From assembly GCA_038245255.1 (NCBI GenBank), contig JBBRSQ010000001.1, positions 2,335 through 66,334 on the forward strand: 64,000 nucleotides of DNA. The letters are read 5' to 3'. Below, in pieces: positions 50,494-58,307 of this stretch (positions within the stretch are counted from its first letter, which is position 1; every line of letters starts with the position of its first letter). This DNA comes from Patescibacteria group bacterium (GTDB lineage: Bacteria > Patescibacteriota > Patescibacteriia > Patescibacteriales > UBA12465). The translations under genes were made by a program, and so were the position numbers. A model generated the notes under the pieces. The model did not search any database, was not told where the DNA came from, and worked only from the letters and a program-made list of their open reading frames with translations.

Positions 50494-50849
50494 TGGTGTC
50501 TCTATTGTACCAAGTTAGAACCTATTTTCAAAACAAATGATGTCGCACGCGCGAAGCGCGTGGTGAAGCGAAACTAAATCGTACGCTCGGAGAATCGCCC
50601 TGCCACCGCCTCGCTTCGCTCGGCAACTCCGAAAGAAAAAACACTCCTTGCATTTCTGATTTGGCGGGGGTGAAATTTCTTTTGAAAAAGGAAAGGGTGT
50701 TTTTCTTTCGGGGTTCTGCCCGAAAAGATATTCGGACAGGCGGAGTGCAAATGCAAATGTGGAACGCGAGCGGAAAATTTTGCGGAGGACTGGGGGTTTG
50801 GGCGAAAGGACTCCGCAAAATTCTGTTTCGCGTATTTGATTTTGTGGGG
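50494..50849 (+). repeat. Left 356-bp inverted repeat
   Basis: TGGTGTCTCTATTG...TTTGTGGGG; reverse complement of 53816-54171 except positions 50628 and 50725. Confidence 0.97.
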
Positions 50850-50906
50850 TGCAGGCAACTAAGAAAAGAAGATACTATCATATCAAAAAACAAGGATTTA
50901 TTTATT

Positions 50907-51536
50907 TTATGATAATTTTATTTTTCCAAAGCTATTTTCTTTAATTTCACTTGATAAATTTAATCTTTCTCTAACTTTATTATTTATTTCTTGAATTGTT
51001 TCTTTTAAATCTCCATTGTTATTGATAAAATCGATAGAAATACCAAGTTCTTTAGCCTGTTTAATGGCTTCATTTTTTTCTAATTCTAATTGCTCTTGTA
51101 TATAATTAAAATCTATAACTCTATCATTTCTTTCAGAAATATCTTTTATTCTTCTATTGAGAATATTCTCTGGAGTTGAATTAACAACGAAAATCGCTTT
51201 CATTTGCTCATAATCTTCATTACGAATATTCCTCACAGAAAAATCTTTACCTTCTACTTCAAAATAAATAAAATGACCATCTAAAATTCTAATTGTATAA
51301 GGATCATTTTTATCTTCCTCATAAATTATTCTAAACATTTCTGGTCTATATTTTCCACGAACATCATCTGGTAGTTTTCTAAATTCTTCTGGAGAAATAT
51401 CACCAGCAAGATGGCACAGAATTGGTAAACCGCGAATTCTAAGAGCCTTATGACTTTCATCATTCAATCTCTCTACAAGTCCTTTAATTACAGAAGTTTT
51501 TCCAGTACCAGGTATTCCAGCAACGTAAATAAACAT
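50907..51536 (-). CDS. Nucleoside monophosphate kinase, archaeal adenylate-kinase-like
   Basis: GIPGTGKTS P-loop, ILDGH, PENILNRRIKD..R, INNNGDL. Confidence 0.8.
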   Translation of the reverse strand: MFIYVAGIPGTGKTSVIKGLVERLNDESHKALRIRGLPILCHLAGDISPEEFRKLPDDVRGKYRPEMFRIIYEEDKNDPYTIRILDGHFIYFEVEGKDFSVRNIRNEDYEQMKAIFVVNSTPENILNRRIKDISERNDRVIDFNYIQEQLELEKNEAIKQAKELGISIDFINNNGDLKETIQEINNKVRERLNLSSEIKENSFGKIKLS

Positions 51537-51539
51537 AAA

Positions 51540-52112
51540 TTATTGTGTATTAAAAATACATTCCCCTGTTAAATTATTCTGAGTTTTATATTCATCCCAA
51601 AGTTTTAAATACGCTTTATTTATTCTTTCATTTTTTTCTAAACCTAATTCTAAAATAGATTTTTCTATATTATCTTCTTCTCCTTCTATTTCAATAAAAT
51701 AACCAAAAGGTAATTCATCAACAACAAAATCACAATTATTTATATTTTCCAGTCTGTATCTTCTCTTCTCAAAAATATGTTCGATTGGGTATTCTAAAGC
51801 AAAGAACATGCCTCTTATACTATTTATTTTTTCATCATCAACATTCTCTAACAAAAACTCATGCTCATCTCTTATAAATAAGTTCCCCAGATTTTCTTCT
51901 TTCTTATTTTTAACCTTTACTGTTACATAAGCTTTTCTACTATCTTTTTCTATTACTTCTTTTATTCTAGGGAAAATTCCCTTTTCCATATTCTTATATT
52001 CATTCGTAAAAAAACCATATGTTTTTTCAAACTGAAACTTACTTTTATCTTTTACAAATTTGTCAAAAATTTCTTTATTTATTTTTAATTTAATTTCTAT
52101 TTCTTTTTTCAT
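51540..52112 (-). CDS. CYTH (triphosphate tunnel metalloenzyme) protein
   Basis: EIEIK (ExExK), RDEHEF, EKRRY, DELPFGYFIEIEG. Confidence 0.88.
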   Translation of the reverse strand: MKKEIEIKLKINKEIFDKFVKDKSKFQFEKTYGFFTNEYKNMEKGIFPRIKEVIEKDSRKAYVTVKVKNKKEENLGNLFIRDEHEFLLENVDDEKINSIRGMFFALEYPIEHIFEKRRYRLENINNCDFVVDELPFGYFIEIEGEEDNIEKSILELGLEKNERINKAYLKLWDEYKTQNNLTGECIFNTQ

Positions 52113-52132
52113 ATTTTAAAAATTAAAAAATA

Positions 52133-52996
52133 TTAATAATAACCTCCAGATTTTTTAGGATAGGGTTTTAAATACTCAGTTCTATCTTTTATTTTTGCTT
52201 CCAAAAAACACCTTCTTCTGTCCCAACAACAAGGACAAGTTCCACAATGAATTTTACTTGATTTTATACAACTTCTTGTTTTTGAAAGATCTAGACCATT
52301 TTCTTCACAATAAGTGATTAAAACATCCTTGTCGTAATAATTACCCAATTCTACTTCAATAGGTAAAGATATATATTGAAAGTTATAATCGTTTAAAATA
52401 TGGCAAGTTTCTAGATTAAGCATTCTCTGCCAAGTAAGAGAACAATGAAAAGAAGTATCGCTAGCAACATGTGCAATAAAAACAGTGTTAACATTCATTC
52501 CTTTATTTTTTAAAGAAATTGCATACTCCATACCCGTAAGAAATATAATAGAGTTTCTAGCTGGATAAGATACATGGGCTGAATGTTCTTTTTTATAAAA
52601 TTTCTTTTTTACTTCTCTTAAATCATCTTTGTATTCCAAGGCGGGTGTATTAACTTTAATTTCTTTTGTTTTGTGGTAAAGTTTTGGAAATTTTTTAGCA
52701 AAAAGTTTATCATAATAATTAATTGATTTTTTTTCCCATTTATAACAATTTTGACCTCTATTTATAAAAAATGGAAACACTTGATAACCAAACTCATTCA
52801 TCAAAATAAAAATATTTGACACCGCATCTGCTCCACCAGACATACAACACACAACAGCACTACCCTTTGGAGGCATTTTTACAACATAATTTCTTTTATC
52901 TATAAAAATTTTATTTAGGACTTTTACAACTTTTAAATCTTCGTTTATTTTATCCTCAATTTTTATTTTGCCTTTATTCTTGATTATTTTGATCAT
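52133..52996 (-). CDS. QueC-like PP-loop ATPase (divergent)
   Basis: SGGADA, RGQ, YPARNSIIF, TRSC-x7-CGTCPCC..R zinc site. Confidence 0.85.
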   Translation of the reverse strand: MIKIIKNKGKIKIEDKINEDLKVVKVLNKIFIDKRNYVVKMPPKGSAVVCCMSGGADAVSNIFILMNEFGYQVFPFFINRGQNCYKWEKKSINYYDKLFAKKFPKLYHKTKEIKVNTPALEYKDDLREVKKKFYKKEHSAHVSYPARNSIIFLTGMEYAISLKNKGMNVNTVFIAHVASDTSFHCSLTWQRMLNLETCHILNDYNFQYISLPIEVELGNYYDKDVLITYCEENGLDLSKTRSCIKSSKIHCGTCPCCWDRRRCFLEAKIKDRTEYLKPYPKKSGGYY

Positions 52997-53720
52997 ATTT
53001 TTTATAACTATTAATTATTTTTTTAGCATCCTCAATTGTTTCTTGATAAATATGAGCATCAGTAATCATTCCATCCAAAGAACCGATCCAAATTTTTGTG
53101 TTTAGTTTAGTTTCTAATCTCTTTGCTACCTCTTCAGATAGTAATGCAATCGCAGCAAAATTACCTCCAGCTTTCTGGTAGGCATCTATTGATCGTGCAT
53201 TAAAAATTGTATTTAAATGATAGCCATTCTGATTATCAATTTTAATTAATCTGAATTGAATAGTTGTAATACAGGGCAGATAATCATCTTTGGGTCTTTC
53301 AAGAGTTCTTTCATAATCTTCTTTTCTGACAAAGCTCATTATAGCTTTTTTGCTTTCTGGTATTTCTGCAAGCCTATCCACCACAAAATCAAGCATTTTC
53401 CATTCTTTGATTCTTGCATAATAGCTTTGACTTCCATCTGAGAATGATGGAACAATATCAAAGTCATGCATAATTTCTTTATTAAAAGTTAAATCAATAA
53501 TTGCATCTATGTTTTCTTTATCCCCATATCGACTAAGCAATTGATCTGGATAAATTTGGGAGTTTGATCTAACTCTAATATTTTGAAGACATAATCTATT
53601 TCTGCCTTCATCAGAAGTTATGTTCCCATTTTTTAAAATTACTTCTACTAAACTTAACCAGGTACTCCCCAATACTTCACCATAAATCAAAAGGCCAAAA
53701 GGCTCTATTTTTATGTACAT
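52974..53720 (-). CDS. Thymidylate synthase superfamily protein (divergent, archaeal/phage-like)
   Basis: LPC..IQF, RSID, N at E. coli N177 register, DAHIY. Confidence 0.85.
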   Translation of the reverse strand: MYIKIEPFGLLIYGEVLGSTWLSLVEVILKNGNITSDEGRNRLCLQNIRVRSNSQIYPDQLLSRYGDKENIDAIIDLTFNKEIMHDFDIVPSFSDGSQSYYARIKEWKMLDFVVDRLAEIPESKKAIMSFVRKEDYERTLERPKDDYLPCITTIQFRLIKIDNQNGYHLNTIFNARSIDAYQKAGGNFAAIALLSEEVAKRLETKLNTKIWIGSLDGMITDAHIYQETIEDAKKIINSYKKYDQNNQE

Positions 53721-53764
53721 ACAATGTTTTTATGTTAAAAATTTTAATAATTTAAACTAACTTC

Positions 53765-53773
53765 AATATACCA
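53765..53773 (-). promoter_or_regulatory. Extended -10 promoter for island operon
   Basis: TGGTATATT about 45 nt upstream of the ATG at 53720. Confidence 0.45.
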
Positions 53774-53815
53774 TATTTTTAAAAAATCCAAAAATATAAT
53801 TTGAAATCCTATTCG

Positions 53816-54171
53816 CCCCACAAAATCAAATACGCGAAACAGAATTTTGCGGAGTCCTTTCGCCCAAACCCCCAGTCCTCCGCAAAATTTTCCGCTCGCG
53901 TTCCACATTTGCATTTGCACTCCGCCTGTCCGAATATCTATTCGGGCAGAACCCCGAAAGAAAAACACCCTTTCCTTTTTCAAAAGAAATTTCACCCCCG
54001 CCAAATCAGAAATGCAAGGAGTGTTTTTTCTTTCGGGGTTGCCGAGCGAAGCGAGGCGGTGGCAGGGCGATTCTCCGAGCGTACGATTTAGTTTCGCTTC
54101 ACCACGCGCTTCGCGCGTGCGACATCATTTGTTTTGAAAATAGGTTCTAACTTGGTACAATAGAGACACCA
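53816..54171 (-). repeat. Right 356-bp inverted repeat
   Basis: CCCCACAAA...TAGAGACACCA; reverse complement of 50494-50849 with 2 mismatches. Confidence 0.97.
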
Positions 54172-54219
54172 GAAACGAACTAGACGGCTTTTTCAAAGCC
54201 GTCTAGTTCGTTTCTGGTG
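54167..54219. terminator. Perfect 25-bp hairpin joining the right IR end to the tRNA 3' end
   Basis: CACCAGAAACGAACTAGACGGCTTT-TTC-AAAGCCGTCTAGTTCGTTTCTGGTG. Confidence 0.8.
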
Positions 54220-54300
54220 CCCGAGGGGGGATTTGAACCCCCATGGGATTTCTCCCGCAGCGTTCTGAACACTGCGTGTCTACCGTTTCACCACCCGTGC
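54215..54300 (-). tRNA. tRNA-Leu(CAG), CCA encoded
   Basis: GCACGGG TG GTGAAACGGTAGACAC G CAGTG TTCAGAA CGCTG C GGGAGAAATCCC AT GGGGG TTCAAAT CCCCC CTCGGGC ACCA; long variable arm, A73. Confidence 0.95.
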
Positions 54301-54333
54301 CTATCAACTAAATTTAACCACAAAATTAACGGC

Positions 54334-54420
54334 TTGACAAGTTAAAATAAAAGCGTCATATTATATATTCAAGCAAATTTTTGACATCAAAATCATATTC
54401 GAACATTAATAACAAACAAA
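54334..54420 (+). promoter_or_regulatory. Promoter plus boxA-like leader of orphan cassette C
   Basis: TTGACA (54334), 17 nt, CATATT; GAACATTAATAA at 54401. Confidence 0.55.
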
Positions 54421-54455
54421 TATTCACCTAAACATTAACCTAAAAACAATTTAAC

Positions 54456-55061
54456 ATGAATGAAGGAAATGCTTGCCCATCCGCTTCGGTGGGAATTTTA
54501 GTACCAAAAACTCCCAGTGGTTTTTTTGCGGGCGTTAGTATTAAAAATTATCTGTCGACATATTTGAAGATTGTCGAACCCCAAATCATTGAGGTAATGC
54601 CCTGTCAATTAAAGCAGCTTAAAATTAATCAGAAAATTGATAAACTGTATGTGCTTGGACTAGGGATTAAGAATACTCCGCCATCTGCCCTCAAGGATTT
54701 TATCGGGACCTACGAAGAAAGAATTGCTCTCTGGGTAGATCATCACCCGGGATCTAGACTGATTTCCGAATTGAAAGGAAAATATAACTATCTTCATGGT
54801 AGCGATAAAGATAGTGCGTCGACCACCGCTTTAATGGGCATCAAGCTCGGAAAATGTATAAAGCAAGAATGGATAGACGCCACTAATCATTTCGAAAATC
54901 CCTTCTTCTTTCTTCCAAACCATTTAGTTAAGCATTACAAAAAAATTATAGTACCCGCAAACGGGCAAACGAAAGAAGCTAAAAAGCTTTTTTCTGAATA
55001 CCTACTAACGGGAAAACCAAGTATCGATGAAATTCATCTCCTCCTAAGCAAGCAAGCGTAG
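54456..55061 (+). CDS. Degenerate DHH-phosphoesterase-like protein
   Basis: LWVDHHP, SASTTALM; other Asp motifs missing. Confidence 0.6.
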   Translation: MNEGNACPSASVGILVPKTPSGFFAGVSIKNYLSTYLKIVEPQIIEVMPCQLKQLKINQKIDKLYVLGLGIKNTPPSALKDFIGTYEERIALWVDHHPGSRLISELKGKYNYLHGSDKDSASTTALMGIKLGKCIKQEWIDATNHFENPFFFLPNHLVKHYKKIIVPANGQTKEAKKLFSEYLLTGKPSIDEIHLLLSKQA

Positions 55062-55084
55062 TAGGCTTCCTTCAAAAAAACATC

Positions 55085-55111
55085 AAGCCCGACCAAAGAT
55101 CGGGCTTTTTT
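55085..55111 (+). terminator. Terminator after cassette C
   Basis: AAGCCCGA / TCGGGCTT plus T-run. Confidence 0.8.
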
Positions 55112-55137
55112 ATTTGTGTTTATGTTATAATATTAAA

Positions 55138-55794
55138 ATGCTAGATTTAATGACAGAACAAAAATATTTTAAGCTCGGTTATAAGTTAATCGGTGGCGTT
55201 GATGAAGCTGGTCGAGGACCACTCGCCGGACCAGTCGTGGCCGCTTGTGTTGTCATTGATAAAAATTTTCGAATTGATTCTGAAGATTTAGCCCTGGTAG
55301 CTGATTCAAAAAAACTAAGCGCCAAAAAGAGAGAAAAACTATTTGGCATAATTAAAGAAAATGTTTTAGCAGTTGAAATCGGCGTTGTCGATAATTTAAC
55401 AATCGATAAAATTAATATTTTACAGGCCAGTTTTTTAGCCATGCGTCGAGCTATTAAAAAACTTAAAATAGAACCTGACTATATTTTAACTGATGGTAAA
55501 TTTAAAATTCCCAAAATAAATCAAGCGCAAACGGCAATTATTGGCGGAGACGGAAAAGTCTTCTGTATCGCGGCGGCTTCTATTATTGCTAAAGTAAGCC
55601 GGGATTGGATGATGACTGAAATTGATAAACAGTATCCCCAATATGACTTTATACAACACAAAGGCTACGGCACTAAGGCTCATTTTGCAAAAATTGCCGA
55701 ACTTGGGCCCTGCCCGCTTCACCGTTTTAGTTTTAGTCCAATCAAAGAGATGATCGCATCTCAATCGGGAATTGACAAAAAAATAATAAAATAA
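55138..55794 (+). CDS. rnhB: Ribonuclease HII (start probably 55138, possibly leaderless)
   Basis: GVDEAGRGPLAGPV, DSKKL, AASIIAKV.RD, HKGYGT; TGTTATAAT 6 nt before the ATG. Confidence 0.96.
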   Translation: MLDLMTEQKYFKLGYKLIGGVDEAGRGPLAGPVVAACVVIDKNFRIDSEDLALVADSKKLSAKKREKLFGIIKENVLAVEIGVVDNLTIDKINILQASFLAMRRAIKKLKIEPDYILTDGKFKIPKINQAQTAIIGGDGKVFCIAAASIIAKVSRDWMMTEIDKQYPQYDFIQHKGYGTKAHFAKIAELGPCPLHRFSFSPIKEMIASQSGIDKKIIK

Positions 55795-55831
55795 TAAAAT
55801 AAAAAATTAAACCTTTCCTTAACAATTAAAT
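55772..55831 (+). promoter_or_regulatory. Promoter plus boxA-like leader of orphan cassette D
   Basis: TTGACA (55772), 17 nt, TAAAAT; CCTTAACAATTAAAT at 55817. Confidence 0.6.
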
Positions 55832-55853
55832 AAATACAAAAAACGAAAAAATC

Positions 55854-56327
55854 ATGAAAGAAAAAATCCCCTTAGCGGTTGCGAAAGTTTGTATTAGTAT
55901 TTTTTTAATCTTTTGTTTTTCCTCCTATTTAGCTGATTTTATTCAGCCTAAATCCATGGTCATTCTCAATTTTTGGACATATTTCTTATGTCTAATAATT
56001 ATCGCCGGAGCTACATTCTATCGACTAACAGATTGGGAAGTGTCCACTGGACGTGTTGAGCGTTCAACAGCTGGTCCAAAAAAAATTAAGTATCTTTATT
56101 CGGGTTTAATGTTGCAAATATCAGGAATTATCTCCCTATCTCTGCTGATATTAACCCTGCTATCTTTATTCCCGGCTTTTGACAATTGGCTAGGAACAAT
56201 CTGGGAACCTCTAAAAATATTTGCTGGCTGGACTTCAATTCTAACGGCACTCTTCCTTTTATTTACCACATTAATATTTCACTTCGTGCGTGAAGAGCAA
56301 ATTTATCGACCAGATGTAAAAAAATAA
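55854..56327 (+). CDS. Hypothetical 4-TM membrane protein (orphan cassette D)
   Basis: 157-aa hydrophobic ORF with own promoter; terminator at 56347-56376. Confidence 0.7.
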   Translation: MKEKIPLAVAKVCISIFLIFCFSSYLADFIQPKSMVILNFWTYFLCLIIIAGATFYRLTDWEVSTGRVERSTAGPKKIKYLYSGLMLQISGIISLSLLILTLLSLFPAFDNWLGTIWEPLKIFAGWTSILTALFLLFTTLIFHFVREEQIYRPDVKK

Positions 56328-56394
56328 ATCGTCAAAAAAAGGACAAAAAAAATCCCTCATTTAAAAGGGATTTTTTCATATGTATTTTTAGAAT

Positions 56395-58179
56395 TTATCT
56401 TTTATTTTTTACTCGATCATTTTCCGTTAAAGATTTCTTACGCAATCTAACACTTTTAGGAGTAACTTCTAAATATTCATCCTCATTGATAATGCTTAAG
56501 CCACGTTCCAGTGATAAATCCCAAGGCGGGGTCAAGGTAATTGCGTCATCATTTCCAGATGAACGAACATTGGTTAACTTTTTACCTTTAATCGGATTAA
56601 CCGCCATATCATTTCCCTTAGCAACATTACCGATTACTTGACCTTCATAAACATCCACATTCGGAACAATATATAAAACACCGCGATCCTGTAAGTTCCA
56701 AAGAGCAAAAGCCAAGGCTTTGCCGGTTATCATTGAAACCATAGAACCAAGTTGATTTTTTTCAATTTCCCCCGCCCAAGAGCGGAAACCAATAAAATGA
56801 GAACATAAAATTCCTTCACCTCTAGTATCCACTACAAACTCATCGCGATATCCTAAAATCCCGCGAGTCGGTATAGCAAAAACGATTCGGGTTTGACCGT
56901 TGTGAGTTTTCAAATCATTCATTAAACCTTTGCGTCGTGACATTTTATCAATTACCACGCCCGCACAAGCCTCCGGAATATCAATGGTAATTTCTTCGTA
57001 CGGTTCTAATTTTTCACCATTCTCTTCTTTAATAATTACTTGCGGTTGAGAAACTTGAACTTCATAACCCTCACGACGCATATTTTCTAGTAAAACCGCA
57101 ATATGAAGTTCGCCACGACCAAAAACTTTATAAAAATTTGTATCGGAAAAATCAATTTTTAAACCAACATTAACTTCGAGTTCTTTTTCTAAGCGCTCTC
57201 TTAATTGACGATTAGTAACATACTTTCCTTCACGTCCCGCAAATGGTGAATTATTAATTAAGAAATTTAAACAAATAGTCGGCTCATCGATTGAAATAGC
57301 TGGTAAGGCTTTTTGATCGGCCGATTCAGAAATTGTTTCACCAATATAAATATCAGATAATCCAGCAATTAGAACAATGTCACCGGCAATCGCTTCTTGA
57401 ATTTCTTTACGAGCCAGTCCATGAAAAGTATATAATTTTGTAACCTTGCCAGGACGAGTATCGCCATTCAAATTTTCTACAAATACCGCCTGACCAGATT
57501 TAACTTTTCCCTGATATATACGAGCAATAGCACAACGACCTAAGAAATTATCATAAGCTAAATTAAAAGGTTGAGCGGCCAGGGGCATATCGATCATGTC
57601 CTGAGCGGCTGCCGGAGCGACGTGTTCGAGAATTAAATTTAAAAGAGGATCAAGATTGTCAGCCAATTTATCTGCTTCTAAGCCTGCCTTTCCAGTTTTA
57701 CTAATGGTATAAATAACCGGAAAATCCAATTGTTCGTCAGTTGCACCAAGATCCAAAAATAATTCATAAACTAATTCCGAGACTATAGCTGGTCGAGCGG
57801 CTGGTTTATCAACTTTATTAATAACCACAATTGGCTTTAGGCCTAATTCTAAAGATTTTTTTAAAACAAATTTAGTTTGTGGCATTGGTCCCTCTTGAGC
57901 GTCAACGACCAAAAGCACGGAATCAATCGAGCGCAAAACACGCTCTACTTCAGAACTAAAATCGGCATGACCAGGAGTGTCGACGATATTAATTTTAGTG
58001 TCTCTATAAAAAAGACTGCAATTTTTTGCATAAATTGTAATCCCTCTTTCCTGTTCGATTGAATTACTGTCCATTGTGACATTATCCAAAACCATTCCCG
58101 TTTGACGGAGTAAAGAGTCGGTTAAAGTTGTTTTACCATGATCAACGTGGGCGATAATGGCAATGTTTCTAATTTCCAT
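56395..58179 (-). CDS. typA: Translational GTPase TypA/BipA (start probably 58179)
   Basis: IAHVDHGKTTL, ERGITI, DTPGHADF, GRGELH, EVTPKSVRLRK. Confidence 0.97.
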   Translation of the reverse strand: MEIRNIAIIAHVDHGKTTLTDSLLRQTGMVLDNVTMDSNSIEQERGITIYAKNCSLFYRDTKINIVDTPGHADFSSEVERVLRSIDSVLLVVDAQEGPMPQTKFVLKKSLELGLKPIVVINKVDKPAARPAIVSELVYELFLDLGATDEQLDFPVIYTISKTGKAGLEADKLADNLDPLLNLILEHVAPAAAQDMIDMPLAAQPFNLAYDNFLGRCAIARIYQGKVKSGQAVFVENLNGDTRPGKVTKLYTFHGLARKEIQEAIAGDIVLIAGLSDIYIGETISESADQKALPAISIDEPTICLNFLINNSPFAGREGKYVTNRQLRERLEKELEVNVGLKIDFSDTNFYKVFGRGELHIAVLLENMRREGYEVQVSQPQVIIKEENGEKLEPYEEITIDIPEACAGVVIDKMSRRKGLMNDLKTHNGQTRIVFAIPTRGILGYRDEFVVDTRGEGILCSHFIGFRSWAGEIEKNQLGSMVSMITGKALAFALWNLQDRGVLYIVPNVDVYEGQVIGNVAKGNDMAVNPIKGKKLTNVRSSGNDDAITLTPPWDLSLERGLSIINEDEYLEVTPKSVRLRKKSLTENDRVKNKR

Positions 58180-58307
58180 ATATTTTTTAATTTTAAACAA
58201 AACAAAACGCGACGTATTATGTCGCGCGGGCGAAGCAAAAACTGCTTATATATTACTAGATATCCTAATTAATGTCAAATGTCACCAAAGCAGAGAAAAA
58301 TGCATTT

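Larger units (their letters stand above)
50494..54171. mobile_element. Non-autonomous island bounded by 356-bp inverted repeats, adjacent to tRNA-Leu
   Basis: Two near-identical inverted copies flank 2966 bp of AT-rich cargo; no recombinase or transposase inside. Confidence 0.75.

Noticed and set aside
50514-50521. GTTAGAAC as an integron attC core site
   Set aside because: It does not fit GTTRRRY, I saw no matching inverse core, the repeats are inverted rather than tandem, and there is no intI.
50528-50912. Three overlapping ORFs (121, 94 and 83 aa) in the left inverted repeat
   Set aside because: Open frames on both strands of a GC-rich hairpin-rich repeat; their starts fall in differing flanks of the two copies; no protein motifs. 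Treated as non-coding.
50907-53720. Island as an ordinary queuosine, Dpd or QatABCD locus
   Set aside because: No queD/queE/folE, dpdA, qatA/B/D or CD-NTase; the partners are TS-like, CYTH and kinase genes instead.
53744-54137. Mirror ORFs (86, 96 and 96 aa) in the right inverted repeat
   Set aside because: Same spurious frames as in the left copy; no transposase or recombinase catalytic motifs.
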